From assembly GCF_001194135.2 (NCBI RefSeq), contig NC_068981.1, positions 79,182,547 through 79,246,546 on the forward strand: a DNA stretch of 64,000 bases. Direction: 5' to 3'. The notes under the pieces were generated by a model, which was not told the DNA's origin, searched no databases, and saw only the letters and a program-made list of their open reading frames with translations. Both the position numbers and the translations under genes were made by a program. The DNA is from Octopus bimaculoides. Its lineage: Eukaryota. Of this stretch, positions 38,281 to 51,665 are shown in pieces; the stretch's first letter is position 1, and every line of letters starts with the position of its first letter.

Positions 38281-39160
38281 ATATACTATATTTGTAATTT
38301 TAATAAGAAACACATGGCATGTTCCCTAAAGAAGAGAAACTCTGGTGTACACATATAGTAAGGTGATCCTACAGGGAAAAATGATCTCTTAATGGAGAAT
38401 TATAGGGGAAGTCGGAATAAAAGTAGTTTCCTTAAGATGAAATTTCCTAAACCTGTCAAAGATAATTTTATATTTTAATCTCTTAGGAAATTAAATCTAT
38501 GAAAAAGAAAAGAAAAGATTGATAAATATGTATCAGTTTTATGTAGGGGTTCCTTGTAGTATAAAATGTATTTCACAGGTTTCCCAAGAGTAAAAATCTT
38601 GAGAAAAGCTAAATCAAATGCATACACTGTATGTATGTATATACTTTCTGACCAGAAGTTATAGAAATAACACGAAATACTGATTTTTTTTTATTTATAT
38701 ATATAAATAGGCCTTTGTTTAAAAATTAAAAAAAAAGAGATATGAAAATGTGTGCCATTTATGTCTTTCTCAATGGCACTAGTATCATGTAAAATAACTA
38801 CAGCTGGTAAGTTAAACTAGGTTGTAGACAACTTGCTAACAGCTTACTTTGACTCAATGGTTACATTAGTTATTTAGCCTCTCAAATTTATTGAGGGAGA
38901 CATAATGGATGTTAGAGTGTTTAAGCTTTTCTAAAGAGCATTAGAATCACTACAAGTGGTATGAAATTGTTTTAACTAGGAACTGAAACCAAGTCATATA
39001 TTCAGGTCATGCACATGGATCATTATAACTATTATTCTAAAGATACAATGGAATAAGTTTTCACTTCAATTTATTTATTTATTTTAAAATATTTTTTAGT
39101 CGTTATTGCCTGACATAAAAATATATAAAAGGACAAAGTCAGATAGAGAGACAGATATAC

Positions 39161-39195
<35 letters not shown>

Positions 39196-41196
39196 TATTG
39201 ATACATTACTAGATAAATAGACAGATGATGATGATACTTAACTATCCTGGATTTTAAAATTGAACAAATCAATGATAACAAACAAAATTATTTCAGGTAA
39301 TAAAGGCTGCTAACACATCAGTTAAACATGAACATAACGATTATTTCAACTTTATCACTAACATATCAATGCCAACATTTGCTGTCTCTTTCACTCTTTT
39401 CTTTTCTGTCTACTTTTTATTTTTATGTTAGTACTGTCTGCAAGCCTATCTACACAATTTGCAAGTTGTCAGTCATAAGTCTTTTGAATGTATTATATAT
39501 TTTACTGCAACCTTGTCTCTGGTCAGCTTATAACTTATTACTAGCCACCAACTTCATGGTGTTCAGTTGCCCAATTCTCATTTAACAGTTCTTATCATAC
39601 CATTACATTTTGTTACAATTATTTTTAGTAACCAGATATGAACGCCTAATTTCACTCATCGTTACAGCTAATTCTCTTTTGTTGTATTTTATAAATTTAT
39701 TGCAATTTTCTATTTTCAATAGCCAAATATTTTATTTTAACTTTAATAAATATAATTCACCGCTAAGACTTCTTTCTATTCTTTTTTAACAAGTAGCTGA
39801 AATCTTTTTGATACTAATAGAAATATTTGTGTTAGCATTTGAAATTCTTTTGCTCTCTTCTTTCAGAAAACAGGTTCCAACAACTTTCTTTTCTTATTCC
39901 ACCAATGCTGCTGGCATAAAATCCTATAACTTGGAGAGAATCATTAGCATGGCACACCTCTTGAAGATTTTCTACTTACATAGTTTATTGAAAGAAAAAC
40001 ATACTGTTACATACAGCCTATCTTTCTATCCAAGATGCTCCCACAGATGGTACCAAAGTATTTGGTGACCTTAGGCTAGCCCTACAATGTGTGTCTCCTT
40101 TTCTCAGCCCTACAGTGAGCACTTTTTTCTCCCAAATGTACAATGTAGGCCCTGTTCTTTCATTCCTACAATGTACATCCTCTTTTCAAAGATCTACACG
40201 AAGTAGTCCCTTCTGCCACTCCTACTCTGTGTGCCCCTCTCCTTATTTCAATTCTACAATGTACAGTTCTTTCTCCCTACTAAAATGTATACCCTCTTCA
40301 CCAATTTATTTTCTCCAGTCATCACTCTTTTTACTCCAGTTGAAAAATGTCAAAAAGTTATAATTTATGTCACCAAATAAATCTGTCAGCTGCCAATATT
40401 TGTAGAGATATGTCCTATCTTCCACATGATGCTCTCATCTCCTACCTACCCCAATCCCTCTCTGTGTATGTTGTTTAGAATTTGAATGGTGCCACTAGGT
40501 TTTACCATTAGGCAATTGCCTAATCTGCCTAGTGCAAGCACCAGCCCTGGCTGTAACTCCAGTTAACTTTCCAGAAACCAATCCAACCAGCAAGCTGCTC
40601 AACCAATATTAGATTGCATTCCACTTCTGTAACAAAGACCAAACTTATCCAGAATGGTTACTTACCTACCTAATCTATGTGACCATCACCAAAAGTCACA
40701 GGTGATAATACCGATTTCAAGTTTTCCACAATACCAGCAGGTTTGAAGGAGGGGGTAAGTTGGTTAAATTGACCTCCTTGTTCAAATGGTATTCATTTTA
40801 TCAACCCCCCACCCACTCACCCACCCAAAGGACAAAAGGCAAAGCCAGCCCTGGGAGCATTTGAACTCAGAACATGAAAATGGAGCAAATGTTGCTAAGC
40901 ATTTTGCCCAGTGTGCTAACAATTCTGTCAGCTCACAGCCTTAACACAAATGATAAGATTGGTATTTGTTTAACTGAACACAAAAAGAGAAATGTGAAGT
41001 GTTAAACTAATAACTATAATGCATTTGCATTCTTTTTCTTCTCCCTTTGTACAGTTTCAATCATAAATTTTGGCAATCATACAACAAATCCAGGTCACCA
41101 TCGAAACATTTTATTTTTTAAATAAAATATGCAAGCAGGCTTAATATCAGTCATTCTCTTAATAAGTATGTTAATGCTAATAGATTAATCTATCAT

Positions 41197-41273
<77 letters not shown>

Positions 41274-43497
41274 TTGCACACACATATACACATAGTTTGA
41301 TATATATGTATAGAAGTTCAATGCACCTATTTTCATGAATACATATTCAACAAGCCATAAATGGAAGATGACCTAACAATGTTATGCAATATACACCAAA
41401 TTTCTCTTTCAGACACATCAGGAACATTAATATGACAGGAAAAGATACATCGTGGACATGGTTCTAACTGCTAATCATAGCAAGTCAGAGATTATCAACT
41501 TCTTGAATGTAACCAGTTTCTTTCTGCTCAAGGCTAGAAAAGAACTGAAGGCCTCTAATGGAAACATACCATTCACGGCTTCTCAACAATCAAATATGAT
41601 CAGAATGTTGAATTCATCCTGCAGGCCCATACTATATACCCAGGCTGACCAAAGCCTTGTAAGTGGATTTCATCATCATCATCGTCGTCATCGTTTAACA
41701 TCCACCTTCCATGCTGGCATGGGTGGGATGGTTTGACAGGATCTGGCCAGGCAGAAGCCTGCACCAGACTTGTGTGTCTGTTTTGGCAGGATTTTTACAG
41801 CTGGATCCCCTTCCTAACACCAACCACACATCTTAGTGCTTTTTATGTGGCACAAGCACAGGCAAGGTTAATTTTGGACAGGTTTTTTTTACAGTTGGAT
41901 GTCCTTCCAAATGTCAACCACTAATAGATGGAAATTGAAAGAAGCCCATTGTGTGTGCATGCGTGTGTGGGTGTGTGGTAAGAAGTTTGATTCCCAGTTA
42001 CATGGTTCTCCATTCAGTCCTACTGCATGGCACCTTGAGCATGTGTCTTCTACTATAGCCTCAGGCTGACCAGAGAATTGTTAGAGTTTTTCCATACAGT
42101 TTCCGTGAACCAATTCTACTCATGAGGAATTGGTTGGACTGAGGCTACATAGTAGAAGATACTTTCCAAGAAGCCATATGGTGAAACAGAATCCAAAAAG
42201 AGATATTTATGAAGCAACCTCCATATCGACATTGTCAAACATGGGCAGGTAGTTGTTTTTGGGTTTTAGCTGACAGCAATGGAAAACTCTTATAAGAAAA
42301 CCTTAATACATATATCTTTTACTTGTTTCAGTCATGAGACTGTGGTCATGCTGGAGTACCATCTTGAAGAATCTTTTAGTTGAATGAATCAACCACTGCA
42401 CTTTTTTCTTAAGCCTGGTACTTATTCTGTCGGTTTTTTTTTGGTTTTTTTTGCTGAACAGGGATGTACAAACAACAATACCAGTTGTTAAGCGGTGGTA
42501 GGGGACAAACACAAACACACACACATATATGATGAGCTTCTTCCAGTTTCCATCTACCAAATCCACATACAAGGCTATAGTAGAAGACACTTGCATGAGG
42601 TGCCACAGACATGCAGTAAAACTCCTTGAAGAAGAAACACTCAAAAATCAAACTTCTCCTGACCCATGAGTACCCTTTTATTGGATATGACAAGGAAAAG
42701 CCTATGATCTGTAACTACTTACCTTTGGCTGGATATTTGACTAAGAACACTTAAAGAATAACATATATGTTGTTCAAGTTTATGTCACAATAATCCATTG
42801 ATTTACAAATGTCTCATCAACTAATTCAGCAAACAGAGCTTGAGTGAACAATGAATAATTCATTATATATATATATNNNNNNNNNNACTCCCAATAAATT
42901 TGTTGAGTGCCCTTCTTTTGTTTGTCCACTCACTTGCGTATGTGTGTGTATGTATGTATATATATATGCAGATATGTCTATACACATATAGTAAATACTC
43001 ACATACATAAAAACGTATACGCATGTACACATGCATGCATACATACATGCATACATACATTCATACATACATAAACACAAATATATCATGAAATAACTGT
43101 TACTTCCTCAGATGCAGCACAAAGTTTTGTCAGTGAACAGGTCACAGTTTCAAAGCAATGAAAATATTTTGACAAATTAAATTTAAATGTTGAAGTGAAA
43201 CTAACAGTTTTTGTATGTTCTTAAATGGCTTACAAACATCTTCCACAATGCAATTGTATATATATATATATATATATNNNNNNNNNNNNNNNNNNNNNNN
43301 NNNNNNNNNNNNNNNNNNNNNNNNNNNNNNNNNNNNNNNNNNNNNNNNNNNNNNNNNNNNNNNNNNNNNNNNNNNNNNNNNNNNNNNNNNNNNNNNNNNN
43401 NNNNNNNNNNNNNNNNNNNNNNNNNNNNNNNNNNNNNNNTATATATATATATATACAGTTAAGAGTACATGTGTCTATGTATGTGTACATGTATATA

Positions 43498-44761
43498 CAG
43501 CGTGCAGTGAATAAATTGTCATTTAAATTATGCAAAAATGAAAATAACACTGACAACTCATTTTAACAGATATATTGACCAGAATTACATAAAAATATCT
43601 TGAAATACCAAAGAGTAAATTTATTCAATAAAATTGCCATTGGCTTCAATCATGGCCTCCAGACAACTTTGCAATCTCCTACAGCTCTTCTGGATGGTCT
43701 ATTTATTTAAGTTGGTGAATCCTGCCATAATCCTTGCCTTCAGTTCATCTTTGGTGTTACAAGGAGTTTTATTGGTCTCTCACTCAACTGCAGCCCATGC
43801 ATAATAATCAAGGGGATTCCAGTCTGGGGAGTTAGGTAGCCAGATGTTATGGGGTGATGTGGTTACAGAAATTGTCTGATAGCCATGACTGGGTTCTCCT
43901 GCTTGTGTGGTATGGTGCAGAATCCTGTTGCCAGACATAGGGTCTTCTAGCAGCCACTCTCTTTACCCAGGGCAGCACTACCTTCTCCAGGCACTTGATG
44001 TAGGCCTCCATGTTGAGTCTGAGGCCATGTGGGAAGATGAATGGAGGCATAACATTGCCATCACTAGTGATCACTCCAAACAGCATGATTTTGACTGGAT
44101 GTTTGATTTTTATCACTCTTGATACATGTTTTGGGAACACAGCAAGCCAACAGTTGTTCTGTGTGTTCACCAGCTGATCCTGGCAGAAATTTTTCTCGTC
44201 TGAGAAAAACCAAAGCATGTTCGGTTGGAAGGGATGCTTGAGTTTGTTCAAAAAGCTTTGTGGCACAGTCTTTCCTCTTGTCATTGATGGCTTGAGATAA
44301 AAATTGCCCTTTTCTCATCTTGTATGAGGAATACCGAATGTCTTCATGTATTACCTGCCTGATAAGAAACTTAGATGACACTCCCATGTTCCTAATGATG
44401 GACCTGATTGACTTGGAGGGATTGTTGTCAATCATGGCCTGAATCTCACCAACAAACTCAGGAGTTCTTTTCTTATCAGAATGATCAGAGTGTTTTTCCG
44501 AGCTGCCATACTTTTGTAATCACCATTTGACTCATCTAACTCTCTCCACTGCCCTCAGATTGACACCCAAACACTCTGAAATGTTCGTATTGGAGGTTCC
44601 GGTATGAATGCCAAGCAGTACAGCATGTCATTTCCAAATTTCTGGCAGAGTGAATTGCAACTGACTCTACGATACTGTGTAGTCGACAAAATCAAAAGCA
44701 AACAATGCACAAGCGCAAAATTAAAAATATAAAATGGGGTCAATTTACCCATTGCACCCTG
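43498..44761 (-). mobile_element. Full-length degenerate maT (DD37D) Tc1/mariner-superfamily transposon
   Basis: TIRs CAGCGTGCAGTGAATAAATTGTC / CAGGGTGCAATGGGTAAATTGAC; FSDEK, QQDSAPYH and, after a 1-nt frameshift, NSPDWNPLDY, with 37 residues between D2 and D3. Confidence 0.9.
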
Positions 44762-46673
44762 TCCATATACATGCATAAGCAATATTAAATGCTCTCTCTC
44801 TCTCTCTCTCTTGCTCTCTATTCAGAGGCCAACAACTGGGGACCTCAATGCCAATGAGTGAAGATTCATGATTTTTTTTTTATTATTCTTGGGAAAGACA
44901 CACCAAGGGTTTCCCCCCACTGCTTTCAGCAAGTTTATCTGCAGTTTGCACTTCTCTCACAAGCTTGCTTTGAGTCACAAGCCTTAATATAATCTTTACA
45001 TTATATTAAGTTTTTTGCCTCAGTTATGTGCAGTTTACTCTGTTCTCTCAAGTTTATCTTTGAGGCACAGGACCTTTAGATTTGTCAGCTAGTTTACATG
45101 ACTTCTACTATCTGACTCCTCACTAGAGCCCTTGACAGGTTCTACCAACCAAGGCAAGATTAGAATAATGGAAACTAAGGAGTAACTCTTAAAAACTCCA
45201 GAGTTGGAACTTCACCATCAGAAACAGGTTAATGTCTTACAAAACAACTAAATGCTATATATTTTATAAATATTATGACTACCAATATTTTAACATGTTT
45301 CGCTGGTGTGGACTAGACAAGTCCATGAGATAGTAGACTATCATTCATAGATCTTTCATCATCTCATGTTTGGAGCCCTTACTACTCCTAGTTACACCTT
45401 CTCTAGTCTTTCTCTTCCATAAGCACTCACTACCACTGGCCAATCTCTTTTTAACCTATCACTCACTGTCCATTTTCATCACATGTCCATACCAACATAA
45501 TGGTTACTTCTACATATGCTGACTAAACAAAAATTCCAGAACAGAAAAATAATAAGAACCACTAAACTAACCAGTTCTTGGTTACACCAACATGGGAGCC
45601 TCTATGCAGTCACTAGATCACCATCAAATCACAGTCGTTAATAAATATTAATAGATCAGACAATGACAAAAAAAAAACACGATGTACACAACTAAAACAC
45701 CTTTGATTGAGGTCTGCTCTGTCAGTGTTTAGTTGGGTTTAAGCAAAAAATACAGCTCCTACAGACTAAACAAACATGTAAACCATTGAGTCATCGGGTG
45801 TTCGATATCTCTCCAAGTCAGAAAAATGTCCTATCAGCAAACATCACAGCTATTTTTTGCTCTAAAATTGTTTTTTATGATTGTATTTCGTTTAATATTG
45901 TTTGTATATATCATTCTCCATCACATCATACCTTTTCTATGCCCTTTCATCTTACCATCATCTTTTCTACTCATAGTGCCATACCACTCATATCAAAAAT
46001 TCTCTTTCCACTACCTCCATCGTCCCCTTATTTCTCTTTCATACATACACCCAACCTAACCAAATACAACGTTAGGTAGCACAGTACCTTCTATTTGCAC
46101 TCCCATCCTACCATCTTTATTACTCTCTCTCTAATTCCATTAACACTACATCTTCCCTTTCCCAACTATTACACTGCCTGTTAGTCTCTCTCTTAATGCT
46201 CATTTTCTACGATAAAATTATGTAACTCCAATAAGAACCAACTATCCAGTCCATGCAACAATGGAAAGCAGACCACCACCCTATCATTGGGCTAAATTAG
46301 TCAACTCACACTATCACTCTTACCATTCTGTTCTTCCTTTCTTTCACCCTATCCTTGACATTACTCTCTCCTTCCTTTCTTTTCTCCACTATTTTCCCCT
46401 TAACATCATTCTATGTTACTCACTCCACTGCCATCCTTTCATAATAAATCTGTTTCTTCCATCATACTTCAACATTTTTTTTTTTGCCTTGTGAGCAACA
46501 AGGTGACTCCTTTAATGTTGCTGCCATGAAAAATGCACCCAGTACACTTTGTAAGTGGTTGGTAAATTGAATTGAACAAGGACAATGCAAGACTTGAGAA
46601 GGCTCTTTAGTTTTGCCAATGGCTCTTTAGTTTTGCTGGTGGCACATTAAAAAGAGAAAAAATGTACCCAGTA

Positions 46674-47060
46674 GGCGCAGGAGTGGCTGTGTGGTAAGTA
46701 GCTTGCTTACCAACTACATGGCTCTGGGTTCAGTCCCACTGCGTGGCACTTTGGGCAAGTGTCTTCTACTATAGCCTCAGGCCAACTAAAGCCTTGTGAG
46801 TGGATTTGGTAGATGGAAACTGAAAGAAGCCCGTCGTATATATGTATATGTATTTGTGTCTGTGTTTGTCCCTCCAACATCACTTGACAGCTGATGCTGG
46901 TGTGTTTACGTCCCCATAAGTTAGCGGTTCGGCAAAAGAGACCAATAGAATAAGTACTAGGTTTACAAAGAATAAGTCCTGGGGTCGATTTGCTCGACTA
47001 AAGGTGGTGCTCCAGCATGGCCACAGTCAAATGACTGAAACAAATAAAAGAGTAAAAGAG
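46674..47060 (+). mobile_element. Full-length tRNA-headed SINE, family A
   Basis: GGCGCAGGAGTGGCTGTGTGGTAAG head, GGGTTCAGTCCC B box, CCTTGGGCAAGTG-type core, internal (TA/TG)n, tail GCATGGCCACAGTCAAATGACTGAAAC. Confidence 0.9.
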
Positions 47061-47169
47061 TACATTCTATAAAGTGGTTGATTTAAAGAAAGGCATCCAC
47101 TGATAGAAATCAACCCAAAATTGAAACATTGGTCTTCCAAACCATCAGATCTTGTTTAATCATCTAACC

Positions 47170-47484
47170 AAGTGCTACTCAAAGTAGTGGTCTGTGAGCC
47201 GTCAGCTGCCAGTATGCAGTGAGTTTCCAGAAAAGAAAGAAACAATAGCATAATTTCAGTAATTTTGCCCTATGCACTGCAGTAAACAACTTATCAGCTT
47301 ATGTAATACTGTATTATTTGTTTACAAAATAAATATAAGATAAAAAAAATTGTCAACTTTTATTATATTCATTATATATATTGTTTCCGGTATAAATTAA
47401 TATTACTAAGAAATATTGCTGGTCCCCAGCACATAGGAAAAAAAAACTGCCAGTACGCCATGTCAGATAGTTTGGGAAGCACTG
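47170..47484. mobile_element. hAT MITE inserted in an RTE 3' tail
   Basis: Ends AAGTGCTACTCAAAG / GTTTGGGAAGCACTG; TSD ATCTAACC / ATCAAACC. Confidence 0.7.
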
Positions 47485-48541
47485 ATCAAACCCATGCCAG
47501 CATGAAAAATGAATATATGGCAAGGAGGAGGAGGAGGAGCATAACCATGGCAATGACAACAACAATGACATGTTGGTTGTTATTGCATAAAAAAATTTAT
47601 TAGCTTCGTATAACAGTAGTAGGAAACAACACGATAAAGCTGAAGAAATTTACCAATTCTGTGAGGTAAAGTCAGAGTGAGTTTCATTAGATGAGGATAA
47701 GAACAGAAAAGCAAATATTCTCTCAGTCTTAGTTTTGAAGATATATAAGTGAAAACAGAAGATAAGCAAAAGCAAGTGTAATGCATGCATCTACATGGAA
47801 TACAAATAAACAAAAGAAATAATATAGTCTACTACATCATTCCTTTTGTTTATCAGTATTCCATGTAAATACACTAATTTGCCTATTTTTATTATCTGCT
47901 TCTTTTACTTCCATACTCACTCAATGCAGATCATTCTTATGATCAACTTCCTACACTCAGGAGCCACCTGCTGTGAATGAAGAAGTTGGAATTTTAAGTT
48001 TTCATTATTTGAGAACTATTTGGTGACTATTTATATCATGCTGCTTTAGTGTTCTCCAACACACACACACACACACATACATACTTTCTCTGTGTGTGAA
48101 TATACCAATCTGTACTTTTCAGCTCATCCTACTATTAACATAACAAAAGTGTTTCCTCCTTTTTTTTATGATTTGGATCTATGTGCAGCAGATTTTTATT
48201 CTAATAATAGTCAGATGCCTGGTGAAATGGTTGGTATTTTTCTATGACATTACACATAAATTATGAATAAAATGCCATGCTATAGAAACATATGTAGCAT
48301 GGACTGAACTGCTAATTTCCATTCCTCTTATTGTGTGTGCACACACATCAACACAGTGATCAAAATGGTAATGTTAGCTATGATTATGATGACATTAACA
48401 ATAATGATAACTGTGTAAAATGACAATACTAATTGTCAAAGACGATGATGATAAACATGCTCAGTATGGTTTTAATGCTAGCATTTATAACAACAATAAT
48501 AACAATAGTAACAAATATCAGAACAAAGAAACATGGCTTAC

Positions 48542-48862
48542 CTGCACGATAGTAATAATATGACAGGGGTTTAGTACCCAGATCATTTGCTGGGTAGCCA
48601 ACTTAAATCCCAGTTCAATACCAAATACTAAACAATGTGTGATGAGCAAAAGTCTTTTTATTATTGAAGTTCGTTCAATCCAGTTCGGCAATTGTTTTGG
48701 TATGACGATATTCCTATATCCACGAGTTATAAACTTTATTGAAATCACCATTGCAAAAATACTTTCCACAACACGCTGAAATCCACTGAGGAATTTCAAA
48801 CAGTCACGCCCCCCATTTCCAGGAATATTGTAGTCCACGCCAGCGTAGGTCCAGTCTAACAT
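48542..48862 (-). CDS. TMEM164: TMEM164 coding exon 1 (aa 1-107, MLDWTYAGVDY...VLNPCHIITIVQ)
   Basis: Translation matches the TMEM164 N-terminus (LDWxYxGVD, GNGGxDC, FGxExGFK, LNPCH). Acceptor tctccttAG ends at 48895; an in-frame TAA lies upstream of ATG 48862 (AAGATG); donor CAG|GTAAGC at 48542/48541, phase 0. Confidence 0.95.
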
Positions 48863-49827
48863 CTTGAAACTATTCAATGAAACTTCTTAAATACCTAAGG
48901 AGACAAAAGAAAAAAAGATAATAAAATAAAATATATCCTGATTTATAATATTATTATTATTATTGCATCATGGAAGAACAAGTTAGCCATTCAGTTGCTG
49001 CATGGAAGACAGAACCAGCTATCAACCAAGTCCATCACGATCACCCTGCCACCCTTCTTTAACAGGGTAGGGCAGGCAATTTTCCTCTGTCAAATGGCTA
49101 TGGATAAAGAGGTTGTGTGGTGGATGAAGAGTCAAAGGACTGAGGACTGACACTTTCCACTTTAGTCAAACCTTTGTCAACATTTTCAAGTTCCACTTAG
49201 AAAGGAAGATGAAACTGGAAAGACAAATGCCTGCCTTCAGTGAATTTGTCAAAAGATGGGTGACTAGTGAAAATGGCAAGAATAGCTGAAACTATTCTAA
49301 GCATGCAGATGGAAGTTATAGAACAACTATTTGTGAGAGGGAACCTGCACATAATGGTTAGAATGTTCTTGGATCAGTCAGAAACCTGAGTGGCCCTAGT
49401 TGGATGTCTTCCTGCATAGCAAGACAAGAGGACTGTAATATCTATGCATTTGTATATTATGTATACTCTTTACCACATATTTTTCTCATTCAATTCTTTT
49501 GCAAATCTACAAAACTTAACATACCCTGTCCTTGAAATGACTCCTTTATTCAACATTATCATGGCAAACAGAAAAAACTGTTGTTGTTGTTGTTGTTGTT
49601 GTTATGGTTATTATTATTAAGGTGGTGAGGTGGCAGAATTGTTAGCACACTGAATAAAATACTCAGTGTCATTTCATCCATCTTTATTGTTTGGAGTTCA
49701 AATTCTGCCAAGGTTAGCTTTGCCTTTCATCCTTTCAGGATTGATAAATTAAGTACCAGTGAAACATTGGGGTTGATGTAATTGACTAGTCTCCTCCCCC
49801 AAAACTTCAGGTCGTGTGCATTTAGTA

Positions 49828-50155
49828 CAGGGGTCCTCAACCCTTTTTTTATCTACAGACACTTTTGATTACCATTTTATTCTGGTGGACCCCCATAACT
49901 ATTTAATATTTAAAAACTAGTTTTATAAAAACTTTCAAAATTTCTTTTTTGTTTTTCAAACATTAACTTGTGTAGGCTGAATTATGTAAAATCTTTGAGA
50001 AAGAAACCTATCTATTTCTTGCAATACATACCAATACATACATCTTAAGCAAATTTTTTCAAGGGCCTTTAAAATACTATTGTGGATCCCCAATTTACTT
50101 TTTTTGTTGTGTGGACCCCCTAAAATCTTATATGGAGCCTGGTTGAGAACCACTG
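49828..50155. mobile_element. hAT MITE inserted in a tRNA-derived SINE
   Basis: CAGGGGTCCTCAACC / GGTTGAGAACCACTG; TSD-like ATTTAGTA / CTTTGGTA; the host SINE resumes after it. Confidence 0.75.
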
Positions 50156-50872
50156 CTTTGGTAGAAAGGATTATAATAATAATTATTATTATTATTATTG
50201 AAGGCAGCAAGCTGGTATACAACAGTAGTAAGAAAAGATTGACACTTACTGTTTAGCCCCAGGTCAGATCTGGTTAAATACACAAATGATCACAGACATT
50301 CTGTTCATCACCATCCCAACTTATGATAGTAGTATAACCAAAGGGGAGGGGACTAGTTGATTACATCGACCCCAGTGTTTCACTGGTACTTAATTTATCG
50401 ACGTCAAAAGGACAAAAGGCAAAGTCGACATTGGTGGAATTTGAACTCAGAACATGAAGTTAGATGAGAGAACGTGCACTTACTTTCTTTTTAAGATGAT
50501 AGGGTAAGATCTGAGCAAATTTCAGCTACTATATTTAGCAGGTTGAATGCAACCATGCAAAAGCCTCCTTCATTTACTAGGATGACTGTCATCAAATGGT
50601 AGAGCAAAAAATTTTTAAAAAATAAAATCAAATCAAAACCTCTGAACGTCACATTATAATCTAACATCATTTGCAGAAGATGAGTCAAGGTGTCAGTGAA
50701 GACATGTTAGTGAGCTTACTGACTCCTGCTTATGCTATCAAGCTCTCTACTAGACAAACCCTGCAGGTAGGTAGATTAATGAAGAGGAGGCCTAGGATGA
50801 ACTAGTGACAATAGTCATGAAATACATCAATATGCGAATATTCCAACTGCATTACTTAAATAGTGGTAGAAC

Positions 50873-50921
<49 letters not shown>

Positions 50922-51225
50922 NNNNNNNNNNNNNNNNNNNNNNNNNNNNNNNNNNNNNNNNNNNNNNNNNNNNNNNNNNNNNNNNNNNNNNNNNNNNNNN
51001 NNNNNNNNNNNNNNNNNNNNNNNNNNNNNNNNNNNNNNNNNNNNNNNNNNNNNNNNNNNNNNNNNNNNNNNNNNNNNNNNNNNNNNNNNNNNNNNNNNNN
51101 NNNNNNNNNNNNNNNNNNNNNNNNNNNNNNNNNNNNNNNNNNNNNNNNNNNNNNNNNNNNNNNNNNNNNNNNNNNNNNNNNNNNNNNNNNNNNNNNNNNN
51201 NNNNNNNNNNNNNNNNNNNNNNNNN

Positions 51226-51665
51226 NAAGGCTTGAAATTTGGTGAGAAGGAGTAAGTTGATTACATCAACCTCAGTGTTCAACTGGTACTTATTTTATTG
51301 ACCCTGAAAGGATGAAAGGCAAAGTCAACCTCAGCAGAATTTGAACTCAGAACGTGAAGATGAACAAAATGCCACTAAGCATTTTGCCCAGCCTGCTAAT
51401 GATTTTGCCAGCTTGCCACCTTACAATAACAACAACAACAATAATAATAATCCTTTCTACTGAAGGCACAAGGCCTGAAATTTGTGGGGAGGGGACTAGT
51501 TGATTACATCGACCCCAGTGTTTCACTGGTACTTAATTTATCGACCTCAAAAGGACAAAAGGCAAAGTCGACCTTGGTGGAATTTGAACTCAGAACATGA
51601 AGTTAGATGAAATGCTGCTAAGCATTTTGCCCAGCGTGCTAACAATGCTGCCAGCTCACTACCTT
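51226..51665 (-). mobile_element. Two tandem tRNA-headed SINEs, family B
   Basis: GAGTTCAAATTC B box followed by GCCTTTCATCCTTTC..GGTCGATAAATTAAGTACCAG. Other copies near 1900, 36700, 40720, 49620, 50340, 54230, 55765, 56630. Confidence 0.85.

Noticed and set aside
48863-48877. N-terminal MNSFK extension from the ORF track
   Set aside because: Starts at a TTG; the first ATG in good context is 48862, which matches the conserved LDW motif.
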